From NCBI GenBank assembly GCA_951406725.2, contig OX597817.1:89280001-89344000 (forward strand): DNA of 64,000 nt, in the 5' to 3' direction. Under the pieces are notes generated by a model, which had not been told where the DNA came from, made no database searches, and saw nothing but the letters and a program-made list of their open reading frames with translations. This document shows, in pieces, positions 39,820 to 53,208 of the stretch (position 1 is its first letter; every line of letters begins with the position of its first letter). Origin of the DNA: Octopus vulgaris. Taxonomy: Eukaryota. Position numbers and translations under genes: made by a program.

Positions 39820-40360
39820 GTGACCACTGTTCGTCTTGGTCAATGCACATTAATATCAGTTAATATCCTTCTTCAATATCTGACCACTGTCCACTTTGGT
39901 CAACACACGTTAACATTATTCAGTATTCTGACTCAATATCTGTCTACTGTTCACCTTTGTCAGCACACGTCAACGTTATTTGATATTCTGGTTCAATGCC
40001 TGACCACTGTCCACCTTGGTCAACACACGTTAACGTTATTTAATATCCTGTCTCAATGTTTGGCTACTGTCTATCTTGGTCAACACACATTAATATTTAA
40101 TATTCTGTCTCAATATTTGACCACTGTCCACCTTGGTCATCACATATTAACATTATTTAATATTCTGCCTCAATATCTGGCCACTGTCCATCTTGGTCAA
40201 CGCATGTTATTATTTAATATTCTGCCTCAATGTTTGGCCACTGTCGACTTCGTCCATTACAGATTTAAGTTATTTAATATCCTGTCTCAACAGTCGATCA
40301 CTGTCAACATTGGTCAGCACATGTTAACATGTTTAGTGTCCTGCCTCCACAGCTGACCAG
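39820..40360. repeat. About 60-bp minisatellite, about 9 copies
   Basis: Unit resembles tgaccactgtccaccttggtcaacacacgttaacattatttaatattctgtctcaatatc; translates as a 19-20 aa repeat. Confidence 0.92.
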
Positions 40361-41387
40361 CTCTGTTCTACAATTAAATGTTGTTTTGTACTGAATCAAC
40401 TCTTGTCATAGAACTTCCGTTATACTAGAAACACTCGCATAGCACACGCTCATACACAAAAACACCTACTTGCACACTCTCACACACATACGCATAACAC
40501 ACGCGCATATACACAGACAGACATATAACGCTAATACACACTAACACATACATAAGCATAAACATATTCATATATACGCGCATAAATATATGACTACATA
40601 CTAACAACTACATATTACAAACATATACAGAAACGTACTTTCTAATATCCCTTGACAGATACACTCAGTCATACCTTCACACACACAAACACAGTAACGG
40701 TTTATCATGTCCGGTTGTTTCCGCTTCGTAATTACAATAAAACAAACCGAAATATAATCAATTATGAATGAGATCTTCCATATGCCATAAAAATAAATAA
40801 ATAAAAGCAATAATAACAACAACAATAATTATATGTTCTATTTGTTAACTGTATTTTTATCTTATTTTATTTCATATGTTTATTTATATTTATGCAACCA
40901 TAATAAATAGTTGTAAAACGTCATTTACATCATTCACGCCGTATCTTCTATCATTATAAATTTTCATTATATTTTGTTTCGTTGTTTTACAAACAATAGT
41001 TAGCAATGTATTGTCCTGGACACGGACCATTGACCGAGCCATTTAAGTGTAATGTGTGAAGGAGGTGATGAGGGAAAATTGAAAATTACTCTTTAAATAC
41101 TTAATACTACATTGTATTAACAATGATGTTTCGGAGCCAGAAATTGTGAATCATACATAGGAATACACGTCCTTTTAGTAGCTGTATTTGTATCTTGTGA
41201 TCATTTTCTGTATTGAGGAAGTCTTTATGTATCATGCTGGTTTCTTCCTCACCAATAAACAGATGTAAAAGAAATACATTAACGTTGTTTTGAACGTGTC
41301 TAACTTCGTGGACGAAGAAAAAAATAACTTATGTTAACGCCTCCTTTTCATCAGTCCTGAGTTTCTGCAACACTTTGATTTGAATTC

Positions 41388-41419
<32 letters not shown>

Positions 41420-41460
41420 TTAAAATATTAATAATAATAATAATGATAATGATGATGATG

Positions 41461-41550
<90 letters not shown>
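41388..41550. repeat. (TAA)n microsatellite, target of the adjacent LINE
   Basis: Seen directly; abuts the 5' truncation point of the LINE. Confidence 0.97.
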
Positions 41551-43166
41551 GGCCTTGATAAGTGTGCTAAAGCAACTTTTGTAAGAGGCAAGCTCAGGCA
41601 AACAGCTTCTGTTAAATTAGATATTGACACTACCATCAAGGAACTTGACCCACAAGAAAGCTACAAATACCTAGGAATCAACGAAGGAGATGGTATACAT
41701 CATGCTACTATGAAGGAAAAAATAAGAAAGGAGTACTATAGGAGAATAAGACTGAACTCAACTCCAAAAATTGCATTGAGGCCATTAACACCCTGGCACT
41801 TCCAGTAGTCCAGTACAGTTTTAACATCATTAACTGGAACCTTACGGAACTCCAACGCTTGGACAGGAAGACAAGAAAGTTACTGACATCCAGGAGCATG
41901 CACCACCCTAAGGCAGATGTAGACCGCTTGTACCTACCTAGAAGCAGCGGAGGGAGAGGAATGATGCAATTGGAGCTGTGCTATAAGACCTCTACTGTAG
42001 GAATGAACATGTACCTATCTAGTACAAAAGACTGGATGCTGCGACTTGTGTGTGAACACGAAAGCAGCAAAAAGCTGCATTCTATTGTCAAGGAAGCTTA
42101 TAAGTTCGAAAGGGAACTAGGCATTAACCTTGAATCAGGTGAAGAGCCAGAAACCACTGCTACCAAGCAAGCAAAGCGAATCAGGCAGACTGCAAAAAAG
42201 AATGGGCAGAATCAAATTGAGAGGCGGTGGAGCCAGAAGCCCCTGCATGGACAATACATTCTCCGAAGCCAAAATGCTGATGTAGACCAAGCAACAACCC
42301 ATCAGTGGCTGAAGAGTTCTGGATTGAAAGCAGAGACTGAAGGCTTCATAATGGCAGCACAAGATCAAAGCTTGTTTACCAGAAATTACCAGGCTAACGT
42401 TCTCCGAAACGGTACTGACCCTAAATGCAGATTCTGTGACACATTTGACGAAACAATAGACCATCTCGTTTCGGGATGTCCTGTGCTGACACCAAACGAA
42501 TACAAAAATCGCCACGATAGGGTAGGACAGTATATACATTGGAAGATATGTAAACACTACAAATCCGACACTCCTGCTAACTGGTATGAACACCATCCTC
42601 AGCCAGTTGTTGAAGGTAAAGATGTCACCATCCTCTGGGATTTTCCAGTCAACACTGACAGAACGATCAAGGCTAATCGACCAGACATAATTGTTAAAGA
42701 CAGGGAAGAAAATACCTGCAGACTAATAGAAGTAAGCGTCCCCACTGATAAAAATGTATCTGTCAAGGAATTTGACAAACTTAGTAAATATAAGGACCTG
42801 GAAATCGAAATACAGAGGATGTGGAATCTTAAAACAAAAACTGTTCCTGTTATTGTAGGTGCCCTAGGTATGATAAAAAAGGGATGTCAGAAACACCTAG
42901 ACAATATCCCTGGAAAACCATGTCTCAAGGAAATCCAAAAGATTGTGCTAACAAGTACTGCCCACATCCTTAGAAAAACCCTATCAATGTAAATGTTTGT
43001 GTTTGTATTACATGGAGATATTTCTCTACTTCCCCTCCCCAAGCTTTCAGCTATATTTCAACAACTCTTAACCTTCACTTGCCCTAGGGCGCTGGGTGTG
43101 CCCCGGCAGGTGATTGTATCAAACATGCAGATTAAAAGTAAATGACAATGATAATAATAATAATAA
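41551..43166 (+). mobile_element. 5'-truncated R4/Dong-clade non-LTR retrotransposon
   Basis: Starts GLDKCAK...YKYLG (RT end), frameshift near 41750, then a long ORF, short 3' UTR and (TAA)n tail. Flanked by TAA repeats on both sides. Confidence 0.9.
41859..42992 (+). CDS. R4/Dong LINE ORF C-terminal part: post-RT region, CCHC knuckle, restriction-like endonuclease (partial)
   Basis: HHPKADVDRLYLPRSSGGRG, AAQDQSL.TRNY, CRFC...ETIDHLVSGC, RHD, NRPDII, IEVSVP, K..KY.DL, PVIVGALG. Confidence 0.9.
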   Translation: MDRKTRKLLTSRSMHHPKADVDRLYLPRSSGGRGMMQLELCYKTSTVGMNMYLSSTKDWMLRLVCEHESSKKLHSIVKEAYKFERELGINLESGEEPETTATKQAKRIRQTAKKNGQNQIERRWSQKPLHGQYILRSQNADVDQATTHQWLKSSGLKAETEGFIMAAQDQSLFTRNYQANVLRNGTDPKCRFCDTFDETIDHLVSGCPVLTPNEYKNRHDRVGQYIHWKICKHYKSDTPANWYEHHPQPVVEGKDVTILWDFPVNTDRTIKANRPDIIVKDREENTCRLIEVSVPTDKNVSVKEFDKLSKYKDLEIEIQRMWNLKTKTVPVIVGALGMIKKGCQKHLDNIPGKPCLKEIQKIVLTSTAHILRKTLSM

Positions 43167-43745
43167 ATGCCCTGGTGCAGTACCAGGCAGTGGCTCTCAT
43201 GGCTTCTCATCTTAACTGGTTGGAAGTGTTATCATGTACATTGTTTTGTCTTGGTATAAAAGATGGGTTACAGCAAATATTCTGCTCAAAACTATAGATT
43301 TGCTTGTCAGTTGTTTGACCTTAACCAGTTGAGCATGTCCCTTAGTGGCTGACGATATGTGCATCTCTGATCACGAGCAGAAGTAGTGGGGGAGCATCGT
43401 AGCCATGTGTTGAGAGGGATTCTTTGGGGTTTGAATAATTCACCTCTGGAAACATGGGTGTTTCGTTCCACATCCTTAAACAACCCTTATTCAAGGACCT
43501 TTTGAGCGGGATGGGCTACTCGACCAGAAGAAAATTCTAACTGGGCCCACCTGCAAGGTCATGTGCTGTTTATCTTGATATGAGATCACCATGTCGCGCA
43601 CATATAGTTGTGATGCATGTGCCTGGTGTACCCTTATCAGACGGGTAGTCATGATGGGTATATTGGGCTTCGTATATTTTACCCCAGCGTCACTTTGATG
43701 GCATGCACTGCTCTCTCACTCAATAATAATAATAATGATAATAAT
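43167..43745 (+). mobile_element. About 560-bp (TAA)n-tailed interspersed repeat, probably the 3' region of another non-LTR element
   Basis: Higher-GC non-coding unit bounded by TAA repeats, ending ctctctcactc(aat)n. Confidence 0.55.
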
Positions 43746-43751
43746 AATAAT

Positions 43752-44305
43752 GCTTTCTACTATAGGTCCAAGGCTTGAAATTTGGGGGAGGGGGATAGTC
43801 GATTACATCTACCCCAGTACATAACTGACGCTTATTTTATCGACCCCGAAAGGATGAAAGGCAAAATCGACCTCAGTGGAATATGAACTCAGAACATGAA
43901 GACGGACCAAATACTGCTAAACATTTCCCCCGGCCTGTTAACGATTCTGCGAACTCGCCTTCTTTCTCATATAGCCACAAGTCTTGAAATTTGCGGGAGT
44001 GGGTAGTCGATTACATTAACCCCAGTACTTGTTTTATTGACTCCGAAAGGATGAAAAGCAAAGTCGACCTCGGAGAATTTAAACCCAGAGCGTAAGAAGG
44101 GATGAAATGTCCCTAAGAATTTCATCCGGCGTGCTAACGATTTTGAAAACTCACGGCCTTCAATGATAAAAATAATTATTGGTTTCAAATTTCGACACAA
44201 TGCCAGCAATTTTTGGTAAATGGGTAAGTGAACTGCATCGGTTCCAGTGCTCGACTGGTACTTATTTTATCGACCTTGGAAGGATGTAAGGTAAAGTCGA
44301 CCTCG
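43752..44305 (-). mobile_element. Three tandem SINE family B copies
   Basis: Three successive family B bodies (about 43752-43960, 43965-44160, 44180-44305). Confidence 0.87.
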
Positions 44306-44560
44306 ATCTTTATATTTGGATAATTTGTCCATCTATTTGTATAGTTTGTATTCTAATATCTTTCTCATATCTTTAGACAGAAGGTTTCCACGTGTGTGTA
44401 CATTTGTGTACCTATGTGATATTTTTGTGTACTGAACACACCTTGTTCAATATCCCTTTATATTTAGATAAGGGACAAACACGGATCCATAAAGAGATAT
44501 GAAACATGTATATTCCATATTTATGTTTATTTAAATAGTTTTTCTATGTCACTTTTCCAG

Positions 44561-44793
44561 GCCTGTCTGGCATATCGCAGACAAAGAAGAAAACTAAGAG
44601 ACTGGGTGAGGCAAACCGTAGGCGTGGTAGTGAGGCGAACGGTAAAAAAAAACGGAAAACGACCAGTGATTGTGTTTCTACCACAGTCATAGCAAACTGC
44701 GACCCGCGTGACTTTCCGAATGGCACGCTGACGAAAATTTATCTTGAGTATCTTTCTAGTTGTGCAGCTCGCCTATGTCCCAATTGGCCGTAA
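44561..44793 (+). other. Candidate exon (basic tract and four-Cys tail; alternative donor after 44605)
   Basis: acttttccag acceptor; phase-1 frame (G)LSGISQTKKKTKRLGEANRRRGSEANGKKKRKTTSDCVSTTVIANCDPRDFPNGTLTKIYLEYLSSCAARLCPNWP*. Confidence 0.3.
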
Positions 44794-45552
44794 ACCATGC
44801 TCACACCACTTGAAGAACAAAACAAAAACAGAGAAAACACAGTGACGATATCAACAACAAAAACAACCAAACACTACAACCCCACAAAAAGCGTTAAATG
44901 GTGCATAAACAACAAGATCAACGACGTTGTAATCATAATACCAATTTAGTGTAGGCCTCCATTTTGAAGGCGACATCAAGCAAATTGAGGGAATGTTGGC
45001 TACTATTTCTGACATTAAAAGGCCACGCAAACGCTTCGTACTACCTCGTGTGATAGGAGTATAAAATAGATGTTGATAATGAGTGCAGTATATCGGAAAC
45101 GTTGGCTGAAATTCAGTGTTTTGATATTATTTACAGAAAGTGAAATGTGAAAAATTCACTGAAAATTTACTGAAATATGTAGAAACTGGCGAAATTCGAT
45201 GGAAAACAGCCAAAAGTTAACTTATAGCTATGTTTTTTTATTACTGTGTTTATCAAAGAGAAATCTATGACTTATATACATAAAACTCGTATCAACGTCA
45301 ACAGAGGAAGAGAGAGAGAGGGAGAAAGAGAATGAGAGAGAGGCGGGAGAAAGAGATAGAGGTGGGAGAAAGAGATAGAGGTGGGAGAAAGAAAGACAAG
45401 GAGAAGGAGTGAGAGAGAGAGAGGGAGAGAGGGAGAGGGAGAAAGAAAGGGATGCAAAGACAAAGACAGAGAACGATTATAATGGCTGAAACCAAAAAAA
45501 TATCAAATAGAAATCACACACATACACACACGCGCGCGCGCACGTGCACACG

Positions 45553-45611
<59 letters not shown>

Positions 45612-46067
45612 ATACGGGTTTGGTAATACAAAGAGGAAAATAGAGCTGAAACACGAGTATAAACATTTTTTATTTAATCGGCACAAGTTATAAAGTGACT
45701 CAATGGCCAAGAATTCCGTGCACTGACACTTATCAAACTAGTAATGTATAAAGTTCTCGGACCTTGAGCCACTTTATAACATCTGCCAGTTAAATGCAAA
45801 ACTATATATACCCATGTTTTCAATTCTATTTTCCTGTTTGTGCAACCAAACATGTTCTTCGCTCTTTAATTGATGAGTTCTGTCTACAAACTCGAACAGC
45901 GGCATAGTACAATATCCTGTCCCACATTCCAAGACGAACATCCCGATATGTGTGTGTGTGTATGCATACACACACACACACACGCACACACACACACACG
46001 CACACACACACACACACATATATATATATAAGGATATTATTCCGGACCTTCCCTCTCTTTCCTCTTT

Positions 46068-46095
46068 CTGACGAAGATCCATGATCGAAACGTTA
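46068..46095 (+). ncRNA. Minimal hammerhead-like motif (stem I decayed)
   Basis: CUGACGA-A-GAUC-CAU-GAUC-GAAA-CGUU-A within a (TA)n-flanked unit. Confidence 0.55.
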
Positions 46096-46216
46096 CATAC
46101 TCCTAATTCATTTACTGTGTAAGACCTTTTCGACTTTTGCTGTTTTTGACTATTTTTATTTGCCAATGCATACTTACATGCATACACACGCATATACATA
46201 TATATATGTGACTATT

Positions 46217-46278
<62 letters not shown>

Positions 46279-46323
46279 TGAATATATATATATACACACA
46301 CACACACATATACATATATATAT

Positions 46324-46498
46324 AGTTGGAATTTACCAAAAACAAAACAGACAAAACAAAAGACGAAGACGAGTGTGTAAACAACAAACAGATGTATTAG
46401 TTTAACGCTCGGGAAGTGAGGAAGTCTTTTACATTTCGAGCTTACGCTTTTCAACAGAAAGGAATACAGAAATAAACAAAGAGAAAATAAAAAAATAA
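46324..46498 (-). mobile_element. (TA)n-flanked ~175-bp element with A6U hammerhead motif (46425-46462), copy 1
   Basis: Shares caaaagacgaa...aacaaacagatgtattag...cgctc.gg...ttttac.tttcgagc.tacgct.ttc.acagaaag with 60916 and 62570. Confidence 0.75.
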
Positions 46499-46611
46499 AT
46501 ATATATATATATATAAATAAATATATACACACATATGTATATATATGTGTGTGTATATATACATGCACACACACATATATACATACATACATGCATACAT
46601 ACATACATACA

Positions 46612-46645
<34 letters not shown>

Positions 46646-46666
46646 CGTACATACACACACACACAC

Positions 46667-46740
<74 letters not shown>

Positions 46741-47241
46741 GAGAGAGTTCAACAAAAGAAATATTCCATCCACCGGGTGATCAATCAGTTGATAAACAAA
46801 GTGTTTAAATGAGAGCTACTATAATTTCATGATCCGATCGTACTGCAGTGGGGCGAGCTTGTATAGCTTACCGTGTACTAATCTGTAATTTTTTCGGGCT
46901 GAATATAACAAGCCTTTTCTCTTAGAAATTGCGAGAAAAGACAAAAAAAAAAAAAAGAAGAAAGAGAAAAAAGCAATTACGAGAAAACTGTACAAGGAAA
47001 AAAATTCGTTAGCGGCGGAAGCAGTATTATTTCAAAGCCACGCAGCTGCGCTATTCGCCTCGTATAGACGTATAATGCTAAAAAAAAAAAAAAAAAAGAA
47101 AAAAACTGAAGAATATCTGTATCAGACGAAAACCATTGAGCAGCGTTGGTGGAATTGCTAAATCTAGATTTCTGCGTATTTGTGCTTCGTCAGTAACAAG
47201 CATTCACTAGAAATCGAATGCTTAGACAAATTTAGCCTCCA

Positions 47242-47324
<83 letters not shown>

Positions 47325-47922
47325 AGTGATTAACAAATCGCTGAAATGTTCAGTCTTCTCACTGAGATCGTTTCGTTGCTGGACCTTTCTTTGTTGGGGT
47401 AAAACTGTGAGTAGAATTACTAAAGCAAACTCACGACCTTTAAATATTGTTGGACATAATATATTTGGTGTTTGCTATTTACAGAGAAAAATATTAATAA
47501 TTACCGACTGGAAGGAGAGAAAAACCCTGCCGCGCCTGAAGAAGCTACTTATAGGATATTGAGTGAATGTTTAGAATCGGTCTGTCTGCGCAAAAGTCCG
47601 AAGCCGTCTGCTCGAGTGCCGGTAGTCATCTGCCTGGCAAGATGTAAGGCGTGTAATCAGGTTGCTGCTCTCAGTGTTGTGTCTGGCGAATTGAGCGCCA
47701 ATGGTTTTATATGGGGCAACAAGAGGGTAAATTCTAGAACATCCGAGCAAGCCATATCACGCTATGGTTTCATGCTGATCGGTAAATTTATAGGTCAATC
47801 GCGTGAAATTGTGGTGGCTCACTCGTGAGACCTAACCGAGAATGTATCTTGCAGTTAGAATTCGAATCCTCTTTATAACAGTATTAGTTCAGATTAGCAT
47901 TATATATATATATATCTTACAC

Positions 47923-47989
47923 TGTAGAAAGCCACACAACTGCGAGATGCTTTCTCGAGACGAATAACGCAGTCCTGTGGCTTTCTACA
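47923..47989. ncRNA. Pre-miRNA-like hairpin
   Basis: tgtagaaagccaca / tgtggctttctaca 14-bp perfect stem plus actgcg / cgcagt; 22-nt arms, 23-nt loop. Confidence 0.35.
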
Positions 47990-48486
47990 CTATCTCCACG
48001 TTAAGTAAGATGTACAAAATGCTATATTTATGGCAAACCTCATAAAAAAATTTCATTTCATCAAATATTTTTTGCGTGTTGGTTTCAAGCTATCCCTACC
48101 GTTCTGCGATTGTATGGTGAAATGCAGATAGGACAGCAACAGATGACCTTCTCTTGATCTTTGTTTGTGATTTGAACGTGTTACAACCATTTAATCATGC
48201 ATATATGAAGCATACTTTTATTGACTATCAGCTTGAACTTTCCTATTTCTCAGCATGGGCTTTGTTCATTCATCTTCTGTAAGGGAGAATAAAGATGAGA
48301 GGAACGTTCCCCCCACTAAATAAATAAATAAATAAATACATAAATATATAAATAAAGAATATCTGAAGGAATGTAAACTTTTTCAAATAATATTTACGTA
48401 TGAATATCTGCAGATATTGATAATTAAATATCTATGAAGGAATGTATATTGATTGAAATTATTATTTACATACATATCAGAAATAA

Positions 48487-48569
<83 letters not shown>

Positions 48570-48644
48570 ACACACACATTTATATCCTCGTATGTTTCTT
48601 CTTTCATACGCGAGATAAATGGACGAAGCCCCCACCAATATGCA

Positions 48645-48738
<94 letters not shown>

Positions 48739-48785
48739 CATACATATAGAAAGAGAGAGAGGAAGAGAGAAGGAGAGAACACAAC

Positions 48786-48822
<37 letters not shown>

Positions 48823-49033
48823 TATGCATAGCAATATATAATATAAGTGATGTTATATATATAACAATACATGTTTATCTGCATGTATACACTGACGTAC
48901 ATGTACAAATAGACACACATACATACTCGTTAGCGTATCAATATATCGATATATCCATATCTAATATACCCATACTGGTATTCATCGATTTATTCTCTCG
49001 TATATAGTTACCCCTGTAATCACTACAATACTA

Positions 49034-49110
<77 letters not shown>

Positions 49111-49185
49111 TATATACATATATGTATATATATATACACATATATATATACATACATATATTATATATATATATATATATATATA

Positions 49186-49222
49186 CTTTATTTAAAAGTA
49201 GCCTGCTGCTTTTAAATAAAGC
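49186..49222. repeat. Short inverted repeat in a (TA)n-flanked unit
   Basis: ctttatttaaaagtagc / gctgcttttaaataaag. Confidence 0.7.
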
Positions 49223-49290
49223 ATATTACTCTACCCCTGCTATTTGAGTACTCTTTTTTCCACCTTGTTTCACATTTATGTGTTTACTCC

Positions 49291-49341
<51 letters not shown>

Positions 49342-51829
49342 CTATAGGCACATGCATACATACATACATATCCATTCAAATGTTATAGTTAAAGAAAGCA
49401 GTATCTACTACATAGTATACAGAATATCTATAAAATTTTAACTGAATTATTTTTCTCATGACCCGATTTTCAATTTTCTACAATACTCAGTCGGTAATGA
49501 TTTTTTGGGGGAAATTCGGATGATTTTGTATGCTGTTGAGTAGTTTTTTTTTTCTGTTTCCTTCACTAGTTACTACTTATTTTTATATTAATATGTTGTC
49601 GTCGCTTCATTTTCCACTTCATTGGCTCTTCTATTGTTTTCATTAATCGACTTCACTTGTTTATTTGTTCATTACTTTACAGGTGCACTATATTTGAAAT
49701 TGATCTCATGAAACTATTCATGAAACTGTCCTGTTTTACTGAGGTGTCCATCTGTTTACTTCATAAATAATTTAATATTTGAAGTCATTAAAAGTATTTT
49801 TTCATATGTGCTATTATTTTCCCATGGGTTAATTAGGTTAGTTGCTCTGTTATGTTGGCATTGTTATTATTCCACTACTATTTCTGCTACTGTTGCTTCA
49901 TCTAATGTTTACCATGATTACAGCTAGGATTAGCTTTTTAAAATTTTTAAATGAGTTTATTCTTTTACCTGCAACAGTAGTTCACCCTATTTCTGCGGTT
50001 GACTAAGCATAATATGTCATATTTTTCCTGCAATGTACAAATGACATTTTCCAGAAACATTTATGTAAAGTGTGGCATTATGTATTATTGCCTCTGTTAT
50101 ATTTATATTTGTACCATTCATATTTAAAACCCAAATATGGATCGACAGAGATGTTGTCTTACTTCTGAAAAGAAATTAGAAATCAGCCAATGAAAACGAT
50201 AGGCAGACACAAATGAATGGACCCATTCATATAATATTGCTGTAAGTAGACCGTTTTCACCCGAAAATTGGTGGTGTTAACAAGAACGGAAATAACAGTA
50301 GAGACACAACAATGGCAACGGTAATACAGCAGCAAAACAAGTAAACTCAATGAGAAAATGGACAGTGTAGAGACATCAGGTATAAACTTGCAGTCCGCAC
50401 GCAAATTATATCAAAATATCTTTCCCAACTTCAGACATACAAATAATAATTTATAAACTAGACAAACGACAAATTTATTAAACAAGATATAAAGAACATA
50501 ACCACCAAGCAGATATAGAACAACTAATAAAAATCCAAAGAATAAACAATAAGAACAAGAAAACTTGATACAATTTACTCAGTAGACAAGAAACATAACG
50601 TCTATTGGATTGATGAACGTATCAAGGTCATTCCATCTTTGTTTTCAGGCAGTGTTCCTCAGGATTACATCATGTTATTTGATTTTTCCATTATGGTATG
50701 GTGTGATGGATACTTGCATACTTATTCTAGATAGTCAAGTGAACAGCTTGGGGTTATCTCATTGTCATATATTGCTATATCATATATATCTGTGTCGTTA
50801 GAAAGTTTACTTTGTAATGATGTAGTCCTGCTTTTTATCTCACTGCGCGACATCTTGGTCAAATGCCTTCAACTAAATCTTATGAGTGAGGTTCTGGAAA
50901 TAGAAACGGTATGAAAGACTGTCAGGTAGATTGTATATTTTCTTAAATGTCAGATTGAAAGTATTAACCTGTTTAACACTATCATCTTCTTTAGCAGAAC
51001 CTATTTTGTTTTACATATACTGCAGATCTTCTGTTTCTTCCTCCTAATCCCTCCCATCAGTCATAGACTCGCCTCACACCAAGCTATAGATAAAATATTT
51101 GTTCTTGAACTTCTCTATTCTATGTTCGAACCCTACTGAGGGACTTCTTTTTGCTTGATTCTATTTGTTTTTCGTGTTACTGATGGTGTTGTTGTTGTTG
51201 TTGCTGCTGTTCGTGGTGTTGCTGTCATTGTTGTTTTCTGATCTTATCGCAGCTGCGGCTATTGTTATTATTGTTGTTATTGCCGTTGCTATTGTTACAG
51301 TATCATACCCAAATATACCGTGAGATAGGTCGGCGATTGTTTTCTGTTGATTTCCACAACTCTTTAGACTATTGCATTCCTCTTTAACATGTGACCAAAT
51401 CAACTTCGATCTTTCACTAGTACAACTTGAACTATTTATTAGTGAATAGCGGTACGGCAGAATGGTATATTAAATGTCTTGTCATATTTAGTTACATCCT
51501 TTTACGTTCTAAGTTAAAACCTTGCTGGAGTTAATTATGCTCTTCATTCTTCCAGGTTCAATAAAAAGAAGTACCAGTTAGCTACTAGAGTCCATTTAAT
51601 CGACTGTTACTAAACTCCAAAATTTTTTACCGTATACCTATGTGAAAAAAAGTCATATGCAGATATATAGCCTCATCCTTTTTCTGAAGTCACGCCGAAG
51701 ATTCTTCGACTAATGTTATTGAAATAATTCTTAAAGATAATAACGAGGATGGTGGGCATTTCTGTCGAAGCAAATGAAGTTTTGTTTTCTGTGTAATTTA
51801 TGTTTATGTTTTATATGTGGTTACCTTTA

Positions 51830-52670
51830 AGGCAGATATTCATAGCATCAATATCAGATTCAGGACTATTGGCAGACTCTTCAAAAGAAGAGTCAGTGCG
51901 TAACTTCCTGTTCGTAGACGACTGCGCACTCAAAGCCACTACAGAGACCAAATGCAGCAGGGCCTGAACGGCTTTTTCACTGTCTGCAGCAACTTTGGCT
52001 TCACAATCAGTATTCAGAAGACAGAGGTCATGCATCAGTCTGCCCCACAGGAGCTGTATGTGAAACCAACTATCATTGTCAAATTTCCAGATCTGTGAAC
52101 ACTGACAGTGAAGTCGACCCAAGGGAAGCTCAGCATTCGGACGGCTACGTGAATTAGAAGGTGTACCAAGTAACTGTACTGCCTATGTTACTGTATACCT
52201 GCGAGAATTGGGCGGTTTACGAACGGCATGGCTAAAATGCTAAACCGCTTCCATATGAACTGCCTGAGAAAGCTGTTGAAAATCATCTGGCAAGACAAGG
52301 TCCTAGCCACGGAGGTTCTCTCCCGAGATGATTTGCTAAGTATTTACATACTGCTGAGGAGAGTACAGGTCAGGTAGGCAAGCCACCTTGTTCGAATACC
52401 TGATACGCTACTTCCCAAGAGACGGTTCTACGGCAAACTGGCAAAAAGCAAGCACACGCAAGGTGGACAGAAAAAGCATCACTGAAGAGCATTTATATCA
52501 ACTCCGATACCTGGGGATCGCAAGCATAAGGCTGTTCTGCCTGGCGATGCTGCACTAATAGAGGTGTCACCTGCGACCAGAACAGGATTGCAAGAGCACA
52601 AAGAAAACACGAACTACACAAGCCCACAGACAAATTTTTGTATTTAGTCCCAACAAACCACCAGTGCTTG
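51830..52670 (+). mobile_element. Decayed RTE (BovB-like) LINE 3' fragment
   Basis: VRNFLFVDDCAL, MQQGLNGF..VCSNFGFTISIQKTEVMHQ, AFGRLR, LLYTCENWAVY, LNRFHMNCLRKLLKIIWQDKV, LPKRRFYGKL. Confidence 0.88.
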
Positions 52671-53057
52671 ACCAGAGGGAAATAACTAAATATACAACAC
52701 CTTTTGTTCGTTGCTCTACTAATTCTTAAATATGGTTAATGAAAATTCCGAGTGAGGGGAGGAATAAAAAATGCTTTTATTTGACGCTTTGGTGTTAGCA
52801 TTTAGTAAAGTTGTACAGTAAAAGAAGAAAAAAAAAGAAAAGAAAAAAGACGCAAAAGTGAATATGTAGATATATTTTTTATCTGCATGTATGTTTATGT
52901 ATAATGTATGTGTAGAGCATAATATTAAACCTTATTTGGAAGTAGGAATTAAGATAATGTGCAAAGGAGGTGATGGAGAAGTTGAAAACCTGGTAGAGGA
53001 AGGAAGAGTAAAAGAAAGTAACCAAAGGAGGAAAGATGAACTCTCTCTCTATCTATC

Positions 53058-53126
<69 letters not shown>

Positions 53127-53208
53127 GCACATATATTTCTTTTATCTTTTACTTCTTTCAGTCACTGAACAGCAGCCATACTGGGGTACCGCCTCGAAGG
53201 GTTTAGTC

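Noticed and set aside
39820-40360. Regularly spaced repeats resembling a CRISPR array
   Set aside because: Whole units are homologous with no unique spacers, no cas genes are present, and the context is eukaryotic.
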